A stretch of 64,000 nt of DNA from Candidatus Poribacteria bacterium (GCA_965198235.1 OZ240248.1:4512001-4576000); one strand, 5' to 3'. Positions 1 to 10,201 are shown, counted from the first letter of the stretch. Numbers and translations are program-made. Notes: generated from the sequence alone by a model not told the origin.

Positions 1-371
1 AACGCTTGGAGGATTTTCAAAAGTAGTGGATTGTCTGGAATCCGTACCCCGACAGTGTTCCCTCCAGCGGTTAAAACTGGCAGCAGTCCTTTGCTTTCAA
101 TAACGATAGTCAAACCGCCGGGCCAAAACCGATCTGTGAGGTGGAAGAAGAAATCCGGTAGATTTTGAGAGAAGCGATGGATATCCGCAACCGAACTGAG
201 AACGAGTGGAATCGGATTCCCATCGGGCCGTCCCTTCACTGTATAGAGTTTTTGCACGGCACTCGGATTAAACGGATCGGCTCCCAATCCATAGACTGTA
301 TCGGTGGGGATAGCGACAATACCGCCTGACTTTAGGCATTTTACGGCTTCAGAACAGACATCAGATTCCAC
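1..371 (-). CDS. tsaC: L-threonylcarbamoyladenylate synthase (TsaC/Sua5/YrdC), runs off the window edge
   Basis: Not in the ORF track. Manual translation from GTG at 371 gives ESDVCSEAVKCLKSGGIVAIPTDTVYGLGADP...KGRP...FWPGGLTIV...TVGVRIPD, the YrdC motifs. Lies directly downstream of tsaD. Confidence 0.9.
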   Translation of the reverse strand, partial: MESDVCSEAVKCLKSGGIVAIPTDTVYGLGADPFNPSAVQKLYTVKGRPDGNPIPLVLSSVADIHRFSQNLPDFFFHLTDRFWPGGLTIVIESKGLLPVLTAGGNTVGVRIPDNPLLLKILQA

Positions 372-456
372 TTTTTTAATTTTCCTTGCGGTTCGTTCAT
401 GTAGATTTTACGAAGGACGTTCCTTTCCGTAGAGTCAGGCGACCTACGATCTTGAG

Positions 457-1554
457 CTAAGCAGAAAGGACAAGAGACCCGTTCGGAGCAGCATTCAGAG
501 AAAGCCCGTCTCGGAGCCCTTGCTGATATTTTTGGTAAGCGATTCCCGCGATCATTGCGCCGTTATCCGTACACAAATGCATCGGCGGATAGTAGACTTC
601 TGCCCCAATCTCCGCAGCGGCGACTTTTAGTGAAGCACGCAACTGACTATTTGCGGCAACGCCACCCGTCAACGTTATAGCCCCAACACCAGTGGCTTTC
701 GCTGCGCGAAGTGATTTGTAAACAAGGACATCCACGACAGCCGCTTGAAAACTGGCGGCAATATCTTCGATAGTTATCATATCAGGGTTTGTAGGCTTCA
801 CATCCTCTTGTCCGTTCTCCACAAGTAGACCTGCCCGTCGCGCTTTCTCAACAAAATAGCGCACTGAGGTTTTGATACCGCTAAAACTGAATTGGTAGTC
901 GTCGGTATTCCGCATCGGTCTTGGAAATTTTACCGCCGAAGGGTCACCTTTCTGTGCGAGGTCATCAATCACTTTTCCGCCGGGGAAACCGAGCCCGAGG
1001 TACTTCGCGACCTTATCGTAGGCTTCACCGGCGGCATCGTCTTGTGTACTACCCAATACTTTATATTGCCACCCTTCGTGAACTTCGACAAGCAACGTAT
1101 GCCCGCCAGAAACCGTGAGGCAGATATGCGGAAATGTTAGGGTATCATGCACCGGACGTTTCGATAGTAAGTTTTGGCTTGCAAGCTGCGCCAAAAAGGG
1201 TGCATAGATATGTCCTTCAATGTGATTGATACCGAGCAACGGCAGATTGTGGCAATAGGCAAGACTTTTCGCCGCGGCAACTCCGACAAGCAACGCTCCG
1301 ATTAAGCCGGGACGATTCGTCACCGCTATCGCTCCCAAGTCCTTAAATGTCACACCCGCTTCTGCCAACGATCTACTCACGATGTAATTAATCGCTTCAA
1401 TATGTTTACGCGATGCGAGTTCCGGGACAACGCCACCGTATTCCTGGTGCACTTCAATCTGTGAAGAAACAACGTTGGAAAGGATTTCCTTGCCATCAGC
1501 AACAACTGCAGCAGCGGTTTCATCACATGAGGTATCTATACCGAGTATTTTCAT
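457..1554 (-). CDS. tsaD: tRNA N6-adenosine threonylcarbamoyltransferase TsaD
   Basis: ILGIDTSCDET, GGVVPELASRKH, HIEGH, VSGGHT, DDAAGEAYDK and CTDNGAMIA motifs. Confidence 0.97.
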   Translation of the reverse strand: MKILGIDTSCDETAAAVVADGKEILSNVVSSQIEVHQEYGGVVPELASRKHIEAINYIVSRSLAEAGVTFKDLGAIAVTNRPGLIGALLVGVAAAKSLAYCHNLPLLGINHIEGHIYAPFLAQLASQNLLSKRPVHDTLTFPHICLTVSGGHTLLVEVHEGWQYKVLGSTQDDAAGEAYDKVAKYLGLGFPGGKVIDDLAQKGDPSAVKFPRPMRNTDDYQFSFSGIKTSVRYFVEKARRAGLLVENGQEDVKPTNPDMITIEDIAASFQAAVVDVLVYKSLRAAKATGVGAITLTGGVAANSQLRASLKVAAAEIGAEVYYPPMHLCTDNGAMIAGIAYQKYQQGLRDGLSLNAAPNGSLVLSA

Positions 1555-1790
1555 AGTTCTTTGTTTAACTGCAGACGGGCAGAAATCGGTAAATTAAATA
1601 GTTCATCGCGCAGCAACCGCGTGGAAAAGAATAAAACTTCAAGATTTTCAATATCCCCCGTGTCTGGGTTAAAACGCGCGATGGTCTCGTCAGTAAGCTC
1701 CTCGCTTTCCTGTTCTGGATACGGAGGGCAAGTGTTTACGTACAAAATATCAGCATCTCTGTCATATTGAAAAGTCAGGTTCGTTTCCAT
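1551..1790 (-). CDS. DUF2283-like small protein (orphan antitoxin-type)
   Basis: YDRDADILYV...IARF..DTGDIENLEVL pattern. Start could be 1790 or 1802. Confidence 0.7.
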   Translation of the reverse strand: METNLTFQYDRDADILYVNTCPPYPEQESEELTDETIARFNPDTGDIENLEVLFFSTRLLRDELFNLPISARLQLNKEL

Positions 1791-1815
1791 TCGACATCTC
1801 ATCTTTTTTTTTGTT

Positions 1816-1937
1816 TAGGACTTACGCAGTTCACCCGTTTTCGTGCGGTCTTTCGTTCGTAGTAGCGCAATTCATTGCGCGTTCTTCGGTAATATCCGCT
1901 CAATGTCGGCATCGACTCCAAATTTGCGTAAGTTCTA
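1816..1937. mobile_element. 122-bp MITE with TAGGACTTACGCA-type TIRs and 5-bp TSD (TTGTT)
   Basis: TAGGACTTACGCA at 1816-1828 and TGCGTAAGTTCTA at 1925-1937; TTGTT at 1811-1815 and 1938-1942. Confidence 0.8.
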
Positions 1938-1952
1938 TTGTTGTAAAACAAT

Positions 1953-3179
1953 CTACGAACCAGCCTTAGTAAATTGCTTCCCCGGCAGTTGCTGAACAAC
2001 ACCTTTGAGCTCCAACATCAAAAGCATACTTGAAACCTGACTAATCGGCAGTTGGGTCGTCCGAACGATGGTATCAATATGCGATGACGGCACTTCGATA
2101 GCATCAAAAATCGTCTTCTCATCTGGTGTTAAATCAGGTGGAGGTGGAGTAGAGACAGGTTGTCGCGCTTCAGGGGAAGGTTGCGGGGATACAAGTTCAG
2201 CGTCACTCTTCTCAACAGCGGATGCTTGTGCAGGCACTGTCTCCATATCTGGCACCAGCGATGGTGATGCTTGGGGCTGGATTTGATTTAGGACGTATGG
2301 CGGTAGTTCGTTGAGCAGATCGTCGACGGTGTTAATGAGTTTCGCACCGTCATTAATTAACTTGTGGGTCCCCGCTGAGAGTTCAGAGAAGATCTCACCG
2401 GGTACTGCGAACACCTCTCTGTTCTGTTCAGCCGCGAGACGGGCGGTAATCAACGCTCCACTACGGTTTGATGCCTCTACGACAACAGTACCAAGCGTCA
2501 ATCCACTAATGATACGGTTACGGCGCGGGAAATTTCTTGGCTTCGGTCTGGCCGCCATTGGGAATTCAGAAATCAATGCCCCGGATGCCTCAATTTTCTC
2601 AGCGAGGGGGCTATTCGCCGCAGGATAAACGACACTCAAGCCGTTTCCCATTACCGCAATTGTTCTGCCACCTGCTTCAAGCGCGCCGCGATGGGCTGAT
2701 GTATCAATACCTTTGGCAAACCCGCTCACCACTGTTAAGCCGCGCTGCGCGAGCTGGTAACTCAAATGGTAACTCACCTTCCGCCCGTAATTCTTGGCGT
2801 TTCGAGAACCGACGAGGGAAATGCTAAGCGCGTCTTCAGGCGTGAGTTTCCCTTTTACATACAGCACAAATGGTGGTGTGTCAATCTCCTTCAAGTGGAG
2901 TGGATATGCGGCATCATAGAGTGTTACAATCTGACAACCATATTTGTGTATCAATTCAAGTTCACGTTCTATTGGATACAAAACGGGCTTGTGAATTAAG
3001 AGGTCACATACCGCTGGCGACAGTTGATTTGTTTTTCTGAGTTCGTCCGGTGTTGCCTGAAGTGCCCGCTCTGTACTACCAAAAACGTCCCGCAAGACTT
3101 GGACGGTTTTGAGTCCCACACCCTGAATTAGATTTAAATGAATTAGACTGATTGTGTCGTTAGACAGCATCTCTTCCAC
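1953..3179 (-). CDS. dprA: DNA-processing protein DprA
   Basis: YPLHLKEI..PP.VLYVKG, VGSR, VVSG.AKGID..AH, FPRRNRIISGL and EA..RSGALITA motifs; C-terminal winged helix. Confidence 0.95.
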   Translation of the reverse strand: MEEMLSNDTISLIHLNLIQGVGLKTVQVLRDVFGSTERALQATPDELRKTNQLSPAVCDLLIHKPVLYPIERELELIHKYGCQIVTLYDAAYPLHLKEIDTPPFVLYVKGKLTPEDALSISLVGSRNAKNYGRKVSYHLSYQLAQRGLTVVSGFAKGIDTSAHRGALEAGGRTIAVMGNGLSVVYPAANSPLAEKIEASGALISEFPMAARPKPRNFPRRNRIISGLTLGTVVVEASNRSGALITARLAAEQNREVFAVPGEIFSELSAGTHKLINDGAKLINTVDDLLNELPPYVLNQIQPQASPSLVPDMETVPAQASAVEKSDAELVSPQPSPEARQPVSTPPPPDLTPDEKTIFDAIEVPSSHIDTIVRTTQLPISQVSSMLLMLELKGVVQQLPGKQFTKAGS

Positions 3180-3186
3180 CTTTTAA

Positions 3187-3310
3187 TAGCCGTCGGCAGT
3201 CAGCCGTCGGCAGTCAGCAAGAGAATCTTGTGGCAGGTGAAAACGATAGTAACCGCCACAACGATTTACTGAAAGCCGACAGCCGGCGGCTGAAAGCCAA
3301 TAACCACTGA
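3187..3310. repeat. Heptamer tandem repeats arranged as an imperfect inverted pair
   Basis: agccgtc-ggcagtc-agccgtc-ggcagtc followed by ctgaaag-ccgacag-ccggcgg-ctgaaag. Confidence 0.65.
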
Positions 3311-3319
3311 AAAGGGTTA

Positions 3320-3910
3320 CTACTGTTCCGCCGTGCCTGCTTCCATCGGATCCGGTGGGAGCGCGTAATAGAGTTCAATTTCCTGAATCTCTTTATATTC
3401 TTGTGCAGTGGGTGCCCCAGTTTCGCCACGGGTTGAGCGTTTCTGCCCACCGACCCGACGCGAATCCCAACGGCGCGGTACTTTGAGACGAAACTGAGTC
3501 GTCACAATCGGATTATTCAAAGTGAACCGGTACACAGGACGTATGTTGTCACGGACTTCTTTTACCGTGATCCATTTTTCCTCTTCATTCATATACTGAG
3601 CGGCAAAGAATTCCAGTTGTCCCGGTTCGGCTTTCACGACAACCTGTTGAATCGTCTGCGGCTGTCGCCATTTGAGAACAACCTCCGTGTATTTATCAGA
3701 CTCCATTTGGGATGCCTCATCCTTCCCGTCTTCGAGAATAGGCCCCGTCTCTCCTATTGAGTAGATATTGTCGTCATGGAGTCTTGTATCCTGGCTTGTT
3801 GCGTCAAGTGCAATGTTCTTGCTCCAATTATACGCTGGGTTTGACGCGAGAATACAACCTGACAACCCAATCACCACACAGAGGGTCATTATCAATAATC
3901 CAAAACGCAT
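3320..3910 (-). CDS. Putative lipoprotein, discoidin/galactose-binding-like fold
   Basis: Lipobox LSGC; WSKNIAL...IGET...IQEIELY; paralog of the upstream gene. Confidence 0.6.
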   Translation of the reverse strand: MRFGLLIMTLCVVIGLSGCILASNPAYNWSKNIALDATSQDTRLHDDNIYSIGETGPILEDGKDEASQMESDKYTEVVLKWRQPQTIQQVVVKAEPGQLEFFAAQYMNEEEKWITVKEVRDNIRPVYRFTLNNPIVTTQFRLKVPRRWDSRRVGGQKRSTRGETGAPTAQEYKEIQEIELYYALPPDPMEAGTAEQ

Positions 3911-4010
3911 GTATTGCCTCCTTGTTGCATAGAACGGCGCGGACGCCGTTCACTCTGGTATGAAGTTGAGGTGGCATTGTAGAAAAACCACCTTGTTGTC
4001 CAGTTTTATA

Positions 4011-4649
4011 TTACTCTAAATCGAGTAATTCATCAAGTTCTTTTTCACGCTTATCGGTAGCCTGTTCCACTTCCATCTGTTCAGCAGTTTTATAGCCGTA
4101 AAGTTCAATCTCTCGAATTTTTCCAACAGCGCGCCGACTCCCGATATTCCACCCTCTGCCGCCAGAACGTGCTCGTTCCTGTCGGCTCAACAGAGCGTCA
4201 TCTTTCGTGCCTAAAACGCGCAACCGAATCCGATCTGTCGGAAACGGAATCAGCAGTGAAATCTTAATCGGATTCTCTTTGGCACTCCTTATGTCCTTAA
4301 TTAACTGCCAGTCGGCATCAACCGCAATGCTACCTTTATCGGCATAAATATCAAACTCCATTAAATTGTCTGAATGCACGACAATCCGACGGATAATCTT
4401 CTTTTCCGGCAACATAATTATTACCTGTGAAGCGGGGTTCGCACCAATGAATCCCTGCGAACCTGCGGGGAAGGTGGTTTCACCGATAGTGTTTAACTTC
4501 CCATCAATCATCTGTGGGCTTGTCGCCTGTACGCCTTCCATGAGGGCATAATTTTCACTCCACTCCTGTTCCGAAAAGAGTGCGCTGCACCCCGCCAAAA
4601 TAACGGCAAAGCAGAACAGTGAAAAGAACGCAGTGAATCGATAAATCAT
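4011..4649 (-). CDS. Putative lipoprotein, discoidin/galactose-binding-like fold
   Basis: Lipobox LAGC; WSENYAL...IGET...TDRIRLRV...IREIELYG. Confidence 0.6.
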   Translation of the reverse strand: MIYRFTAFFSLFCFAVILAGCSALFSEQEWSENYALMEGVQATSPQMIDGKLNTIGETTFPAGSQGFIGANPASQVIIMLPEKKIIRRIVVHSDNLMEFDIYADKGSIAVDADWQLIKDIRSAKENPIKISLLIPFPTDRIRLRVLGTKDDALLSRQERARSGGRGWNIGSRRAVGKIREIELYGYKTAEQMEVEQATDKREKELDELLDLE

Positions 4650-4742
4650 CTTTCTACTCCTTTAATATCGCGCTCAGGCACAAGCCCTCGCGCTACGAAT
4701 ATTCTGATCGCTTCTATACGTAAGCAGAACCAATCTAATCGG

Positions 4743-6158
4743 TTAAGATATAATTTTCCAAGTAGCCCCCTCGCGGGTGTCCTGAATTTCAATGTTAAGT
4801 TCTTTAAGCCTGTCCCGAATTTTATCGGATGTATCCCAATCTTTGCGACTTCGAGCCTCTTGTCGTACCTCCAGCAATAGCGCAATGAGCTGGTCGCGTT
4901 GCTCCACGTCGTTGTCATCCTGGGCATCCATATTGTAAATTCCGAGTACTTGGCAGGTTTCAGTCAACGCCTGATATGCTTGTGCGAAAATGGGTGCAGC
5001 TGCTCCATCGGAAATGCTGAGCGATCTGTTGACTTCGCCAACAAGCGTGAAAATAGCACCGAGTGCCTGCGCGGTGTTGAAGTCTGTATCCATCGCATCG
5101 GTAAACCGCGACTTCATCGTTTCGATGGCGTGCTGAAGTGGCGAGGTCTCGGTTTCGCTTGCATTAAACTGCCCATCGTACTTTTTCAACGCGTCCAAAC
5201 AATTGTTCAAACGTCTGAGAGCTCCTTCGGATTTCGTCAAACTTTCCGGATTGTAGTCAAGTGGGTGTCGGTAATGTGCGGAAATCAGGAAATGACGAAT
5301 TACCTCGGTGGGATAATGGTCGAGAGCGTCTCGTAGGAGAATAAAATTCTGTTCCGATTTGCCCATTCGTCTGCCATCAATCTTCAAAAAAGCAACGTGC
5401 ATCCAGTAGCGTGCGAAGGTACATCCTGTCGCCAATTCGCTCTGTGCTATCTCATTTTCGTGGTGTGGGAACTGCAAATCTTCGCCACCTGCGTGGATAT
5501 CAAGAGTCACACCGAGATGTTTCATCGCCATGGCAGAACATTCTATATGCCACCCGGGTCTGCCTCTACCCCATGGACTCTCCCAAGAAGGCTCACCCGG
5601 CTTCGCAGCTTTCCACATATCAAAATCCCGCGGATCCTCCTTCCGCTCATCAATTTCAACTCGCGCGCCCGCGAGCAGATCCTCTGGCTTCCGATTGGAA
5701 AGTTTTCCATACTCAGCAAAGTGATTCACGCGGTAATAAACACTCCCATCCATGACATAAGCCGCCCCTTTATCAATCAGGATTTGAATTAAACTTATCA
5801 TCTCTGGGATGTGTTCGGTTGCTTTTGGATGGACATCTGCGGGATGGATACCGAGGCGTTGGGAATCCTCGAAGAACGCTTCGCCGTTCTGATGCGCGAG
5901 CTGCTTTGCACTGACACCTAACTCTGCCGCACGATTAATAATCTTGTCATCAATATCCGTCAAATTTTGAACCAGTTTGACTTTGTACCCTCTATATACC
6001 AAATAGCGCCGAATAATATCTGTTACTAAAGCAGTGCGTGCGTTGCCCATGTGAACGTAATCGTAAACAGTCGGACCGCAACTATAAATAGACACCTGTT
6101 CGGGATTTAGTGGGACAAAATCCTCCAATTGTCGGCTCAGCGAGTTATAGATTTTCAT
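4743..6158 (-). CDS. cysS: Cysteine--tRNA ligase
   Basis: MKIYNSL..., YSCGPTVY..HMGNAR, GRPGWHIECSAM, HAGGEDLQFPHHENE and RMGKS motifs. True start is 6158; the ORF-track extension to 6440 is translated repeat DNA. Confidence 0.97.
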   Translation of the reverse strand: MKIYNSLSRQLEDFVPLNPEQVSIYSCGPTVYDYVHMGNARTALVTDIIRRYLVYRGYKVKLVQNLTDIDDKIINRAAELGVSAKQLAHQNGEAFFEDSQRLGIHPADVHPKATEHIPEMISLIQILIDKGAAYVMDGSVYYRVNHFAEYGKLSNRKPEDLLAGARVEIDERKEDPRDFDMWKAAKPGEPSWESPWGRGRPGWHIECSAMAMKHLGVTLDIHAGGEDLQFPHHENEIAQSELATGCTFARYWMHVAFLKIDGRRMGKSEQNFILLRDALDHYPTEVIRHFLISAHYRHPLDYNPESLTKSEGALRRLNNCLDALKKYDGQFNASETETSPLQHAIETMKSRFTDAMDTDFNTAQALGAIFTLVGEVNRSLSISDGAAAPIFAQAYQALTETCQVLGIYNMDAQDDNDVEQRDQLIALLLEVRQEARSRKDWDTSDKIRDRLKELNIEIQDTREGATWKIIS

Positions 6159-6331
6159 TTTTTTAACTATGGGCTCCTGGGCAAAGAAACACCGTTTTTG
6201 CTTGGGGTGTTTTTGCTTGGGTATTTCTGCGTATTGCTTGGGGTTTTTGCTTGGGAATTTCTGCGGATTTCCCTGCGGATTTCTTAAGCAAAAACCCCTC
6301 CACTTCGTTTCGGGCAGGTTTTCGGTTAATT
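6159..6331 (-). repeat. Start-codon-abutting structured element, copy A (interrupted by TTTTGCTTGGG repeats)
   Basis: Minus strand: aattaaccgaaaacctgcccgaaacgaagtgga-[~115 nt insert]-gcccaggagcccatagttaaaaaa-ATG(cysS). Confidence 0.8.
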
Positions 6332-6361
6332 TCATGCTGCGTTTGCTATCGGCTCGGTTTC

Positions 6362-6479
6362 TACGGTAGATTCCAGAATTAATTGGACATTGTGACCGAT
6401 GCGTTTGCGGCACCCACAAAGGTGGCAGCCACAAGGGCACCCCCTACAAGATGTTTATTTATTTTTAGAATTCACCATA
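6362..6479. mobile_element. Degenerate MITE-like element with imperfect TIRs, containing a GTAG-type palindrome
   Basis: tacggtagattccagaattaat versus reverse complement of 6458-6479 (tatggtgaattctaaaaataaa); internal ...acaagggcaccccctac. Confidence 0.4.
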
Positions 6480-6504
6480 AATACACAGAGGAAAACAAAA
6501 ACAT

Positions 6505-6978
6505 CTATAGCCGAGAAAGGCAGGCGGTAGCGTGAGCGACAATCGCTTTTCCCTCACCGACAACGCCCAATTCTTCCGATGTGGTAGCCTTAACGTTTAC
6601 CTGCGCCACGGCAATATCAAGCGTTTTGGCAAGCCTTGCGCGCATCTCCGAAATGTAGGGTGCCAATTTCGGGCACTGCGCGATAACTGTACTGTCTATA
6701 TTTTCAATCTGGTAGCCACACTGTCTCACTTTCGCTGCGGCATCACCAAGGAAAATAAGACTGTCCATTCCTTGATAACAATCATCTGTATCGGGAAAAT
6801 GTGTGCCAATATCACCGAGTGCGGCTGCTCCTAAAATCGCATCTACGATTGCGTGGGTCAGGACATCCGCATCTGAATGTCCTAACAATCCCAAATGATA
6901 TGAGATCTCAACGCCACCGAGAATCAATTTTCTATCAGAGACCAATCGATGAACGTCGTAACCAATACCTACTCGCAT
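6505..6978 (-). CDS. ispF: 2-C-methyl-D-erythritol 2,4-cyclodiphosphate synthase
   Basis: [29 protein letters not shown] and NVKATT motifs. Confidence 0.97.
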   Translation of the reverse strand: MRVGIGYDVHRLVSDRKLILGGVEISYHLGLLGHSDADVLTHAIVDAILGAAALGDIGTHFPDTDDCYQGMDSLIFLGDAAAKVRQCGYQIENIDSTVIAQCPKLAPYISEMRARLAKTLDIAVAQVNVKATTSEELGVVGEGKAIVAHATACLSRL

Positions 6979-7037
6979 TCTTTCTCTTACATTTTCACTA
7001 CAGAGATTTATGAAAAATGGAGGAAACAGAAAAACAT

Positions 7038-7754
7038 CTACCAAAGGGTAGCATCTGAGATCAACACTTCAGCCACTCGCAAATCAATGGGTGTAGTTAT
7101 CTTTAGATTCGCGTAACTTCCCTGCACCAACTTAACAGGAAAACCGAGCTGTTCAACAAGAGAGGCATCATCAGTGGCTGTAAGTTGGCGCGTTTGCGCT
7201 GCTTGATGTGCCTCTTCTAAAAGAGATTTCCGAAAGACCTGAGGTGTTTGCACCGCCCACAGCTGATCACGCCCCGGTGTTTCAACAATGAAACTGTCTT
7301 GGTTGGCGACTTTAATTGTATCCTTGACTGGAACAGCAGCAACAGCAGCACCACACTCGTCTGCCGCGGTGAGGCATGCGAAAATTATCTCATCCGTCAC
7401 AAAAGGACGCACCCCATCATGGACAATTACAAAATCAACATCTGACGACAGGGCACGTACACCGTTATAGACGGACATCTGACGGGTTTCTCCTCCCTCA
7501 ACAAGTTCCTGCACCTTTGTAAACGGATAGGGACACAACACAGCGGCTCGACACTCACTAAAATCGTCTTGGTCAACAATGACGAAAATCGCGTCCACAG
7601 CACTATTTTGCTCAAACCGCTGAATAGTATGTGCCAAAATTGGCTTTTGCGCCAATTTTAAGTACGGCTTTTTAACCGAATGCGCCATCCGGCTTCCTTT
7701 ACCAGCTGCGGGGATAAGAGCGCATACCTTGCTGTTCATCAGTGTCCATTTCAT
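7038..7754 (-). CDS. ispD: 2-C-methyl-D-erythritol 4-phosphate cytidylyltransferase
   Basis: [35 protein letters not shown] and NLKITT motifs. Start 7754 or 7739. Confidence 0.96.
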   Translation of the reverse strand: MKWTLMNSKVCALIPAAGKGSRMAHSVKKPYLKLAQKPILAHTIQRFEQNSAVDAIFVIVDQDDFSECRAAVLCPYPFTKVQELVEGGETRQMSVYNGVRALSSDVDFVIVHDGVRPFVTDEIIFACLTAADECGAAVAAVPVKDTIKVANQDSFIVETPGRDQLWAVQTPQVFRKSLLEEAHQAAQTRQLTATDDASLVEQLGFPVKLVQGSYANLKITTPIDLRVAEVLISDATLW

Positions 7755-8727
7755 TTTCTTTTATTCGCGTGAAAATCATTTGACCTGCACTCGTCCGTAA
7801 CATTTGTGTAACCTCAACGTTAAGGGTACTTCCGATGTACGGCTTCCCATCTTCAACAATTACCATTGTTCCATCATCAAGATAGCCAACTCCCTGATTC
7901 GGTTCCTTGCCTTCTTTCAGGAGAAGCACTTGGATTACCTCACCGGCAATGACGACAGGACGGACAGCATTTGACAATTCGTTGATATTGAGGACTTTCA
8001 CACTCTGCAATTCAGCGACTTTGTTGAGGTTTAAATCATTTGTGATAATCGTTGCCTCTCGCTGTTGTGCGAGATGAACCAACTTTGCATCAACTTCCGG
8101 CAAATGCGGTACTTCTTCCTCTGAGATCTCAACATCAATCGCTGGGTTGTTCTGAAGCGCGCGGAGAATATCGAAACCGCGCCGTCCTTTATTTCTGCGT
8201 AGTGGTTCCGTTGAATCCGCAATATGTTGCAGTTCATTGAGAACAAACCGTGGAATGACAAGTGTGCCTTCAATAAATCTCGTTTGACAGATCTCAAGAA
8301 TTCTGCCATCAATAATAACACTTGTGTCTAAAATTTTGAAGTTACTTGCAGTTTGAACCGAACGTGACTCGCCAGGACGAGCAGACGCACTTGATCCGAG
8401 TAGTTGGCTTAAATCCAGTGTCGTAGAGAGATGGTAACCCCCCATCATGCCCACGTAACCGAGACTGAGAACAATCACTATCTTTAGATTACCATCAAGT
8501 TGTGAAAGCAGAGGTAGTATGGCGAGAGAGACTAATAGACCTACAGCAAGCCCCATCAGACTCGCAATGATGCTACGCACGCTGGGTGTACGCAGACAAA
8601 TTTCTGCCCCAACAAGCAGAAGGGCAACAACAAATCCGACAACCGCTGCGATCGGGTCCCTGTAAATGATATAGCAGCTTGCCGCACTTGCAATTATAAA
8701 AAAGAGACGGATACCCCAAACTTTCAT
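7699..8727 (-). CDS. PIN/TRAM domain membrane protein (YacL family)
   Basis: N-terminal TM helices; ILDTSVIIDGRI, TND.NLNKVA and GVGYLDDGTMV motifs; radA-yacL-ispD synteny. Confidence 0.92.
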   Translation of the reverse strand: MKVWGIRLFFIIASAASCYIIYRDPIAAVVGFVVALLLVGAEICLRTPSVRSIIASLMGLAVGLLVSLAILPLLSQLDGNLKIVIVLSLGYVGMMGGYHLSTTLDLSQLLGSSASARPGESRSVQTASNFKILDTSVIIDGRILEICQTRFIEGTLVIPRFVLNELQHIADSTEPLRRNKGRRGFDILRALQNNPAIDVEISEEEVPHLPEVDAKLVHLAQQREATIITNDLNLNKVAELQSVKVLNINELSNAVRPVVIAGEVIQVLLLKEGKEPNQGVGYLDDGTMVIVEDGKPYIGSTLNVEVTQMLRTSAGQMIFTRIKENEMDTDEQQGMRSYPRSW

Positions 8728-8745
8728 TTTTTCTACTCCATTAAT

Positions 8746-8834
8746 AGTTAACAGTTGTCAGTTGTCAGTTGTCAGTTAAGAGGTTTTCGTTTAGCAATCC
8801 CCCCTTTTAACTGCTAACTGTTAACTGACGGCTA
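8746..8834. repeat. Heptamer tandem repeats forming an inverted hairpin
   Basis: (cagttgt)x3 followed by taactgc-taactgt-taactga. Confidence 0.7.
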
Positions 8835-8839
8835 TCTAA

Positions 8840-10201
8840 TCACAGCAAAGCCCCGAGAGTGTCATATACGTCGCTAACACCCACAAGTTCAATATCCTCG
8901 TCAATTTCCAAGCCTTTCCGGTTATATTCAGGAAAGATCACTCGTCTGAAGCCTAACTTCGCGGCTTCCCGGATTCGTCTCTCAACATGCGTTACGGGAC
9001 GAATTTCACCACCCAGCCCAACTTCACCGATCACAACAGTCTTCCGATCGACAGGGAGATCGCGATGACTTGAGGATATTGCCATCATCACACCGAGGTC
9101 TATACCGGGTTCATCAATGCGTAACCCGCCCGTAATGTTAACAAAGACATCAGAATCTCCAACGTTAATTCCCACCCTTTTATTAAGTACCGCAATGAGC
9201 AAAGCAATCCGGTGTCGGTCCACCCCAGCTGCCGTATTGCGGGGGTTTCCATAATGTGTAGGCACGACGAGTGCCTGAACTTCCATGAGTAAGGGTCGGG
9301 TCCCCTCTATACTTGAAACTACGACGGATCCTGAAACTTCTTCCTCCCTGTTGCTTAAAAAGAGTTCTGACGGATTCATCACATCCACAAGACCTGTGCT
9401 CTGCATCTCAAAGATTCCGATCTCATTCGTGGAACCGAACCGATTTTTGATCGCTCGAAGAATGCGGTAAATGTGGTGCTGTTCACCTTCAAAATAGAGG
9501 ACAGTATCCACCATGTGCTCTAAAACGCGAGGACCAGCGAGTGCCCCTTCCTTTGTCACATGCCCGACGAGAAACACCGGGATATTCCGATTTTTTGCAC
9601 AAATTAGGAGATGTCCGGCACACTCACGAATCTGAGTGACGCTCCCAGGTGCAGACGGGATACTCGACAAATAAACCGTTTGTATAGAATCGACGATGAC
9701 CACCTTCGGTTCTCGCGCCTCAATATACTTTTCAATCTGCTCCAAATTGTTTTCACACAGCACATAGAGCGTATCAGACGCAACGCCGAGCCGAGTCGCA
9801 CGGAGTTTCGTCTGACTCACAGATTCCTCACCGGAAACGTAAAGCACATCTCCGTAGTTCCGGCTCAATGCGTCACCGGCTTGTAGTAACAAGGTAGATT
9901 TGCCTATCCCTGGATCGCCGCCGATAAGGATCACAGAACCAGGCACAATCCCACCACCAAGTACTCTGTCAAACTCCAACATCCCAGTTAGATGTCGTTC
10001 CACTTCGTTTGCTGTAACTTGCGAAATGGGTTCAGGTTCGCGAGACACTTGCCCGATATCACGATGTTTCGATAGTGTCGTGAGGGTCTCTATTTCTTCG
10101 GCGAAACTCTGCCAACTTCTACAACTCGGACACCGTCCGAGCGTTTTTGGTGTTGTATATCCACACTCTTGACAGACAAATTTACGTTTCTCTCGTGCCA
10201 T
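8840..10201 (-). CDS. radA: DNA repair protein RadA/Sms
   Basis: CQECG...CPSC zinc finger, GGDPGIGKS, KNRFG and Lon-like C-terminal domain. Confidence 0.97.
   Translation of the reverse strand: MAREKRKFVCQECGYTTPKTLGRCPSCRSWQSFAEEIETLTTLSKHRDIGQVSREPEPISQVTANEVERHLTGMLEFDRVLGGGIVPGSVILIGGDPGIGKSTLLLQAGDALSRNYGDVLYVSGEESVSQTKLRATRLGVASDTLYVLCENNLEQIEKYIEAREPKVVIVDSIQTVYLSSIPSAPGSVTQIRECAGHLLICAKNRNIPVFLVGHVTKEGALAGPRVLEHMVDTVLYFEGEQHHIYRILRAIKNRFGSTNEIGIFEMQSTGLVDVMNPSELFLSNREEEVSGSVVVSSIEGTRPLLMEVQALVVPTHYGNPRNTAAGVDRHRIALLIAVLNKRVGINVGDSDVFVNITGGLRIDEPGIDLGVMMAISSSHRDLPVDRKTVVIGEVGLGGEIRPVTHVERRIREAAKLGFRRVIFPEYNRKGLEIDEDIELVGVSDVYDTLGALL

Noticed and set aside
740-1210. Short insertions in TsaD relative to typical homologues
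   Set aside because: They fall in variable loops and I could not match them to any repeat family in the window.
6195-6300. Possible CRISPR array
   Set aside because: Units are short, degenerate and irregularly spaced, with no unique 30-40 nt spacers and no cas genes.
6159-6440. 94-aa N-terminal extension of CysS in the ORF track
   Set aside because: It is translated repeat DNA; the CysS-like sequence starts at MKIYNSL (6158).
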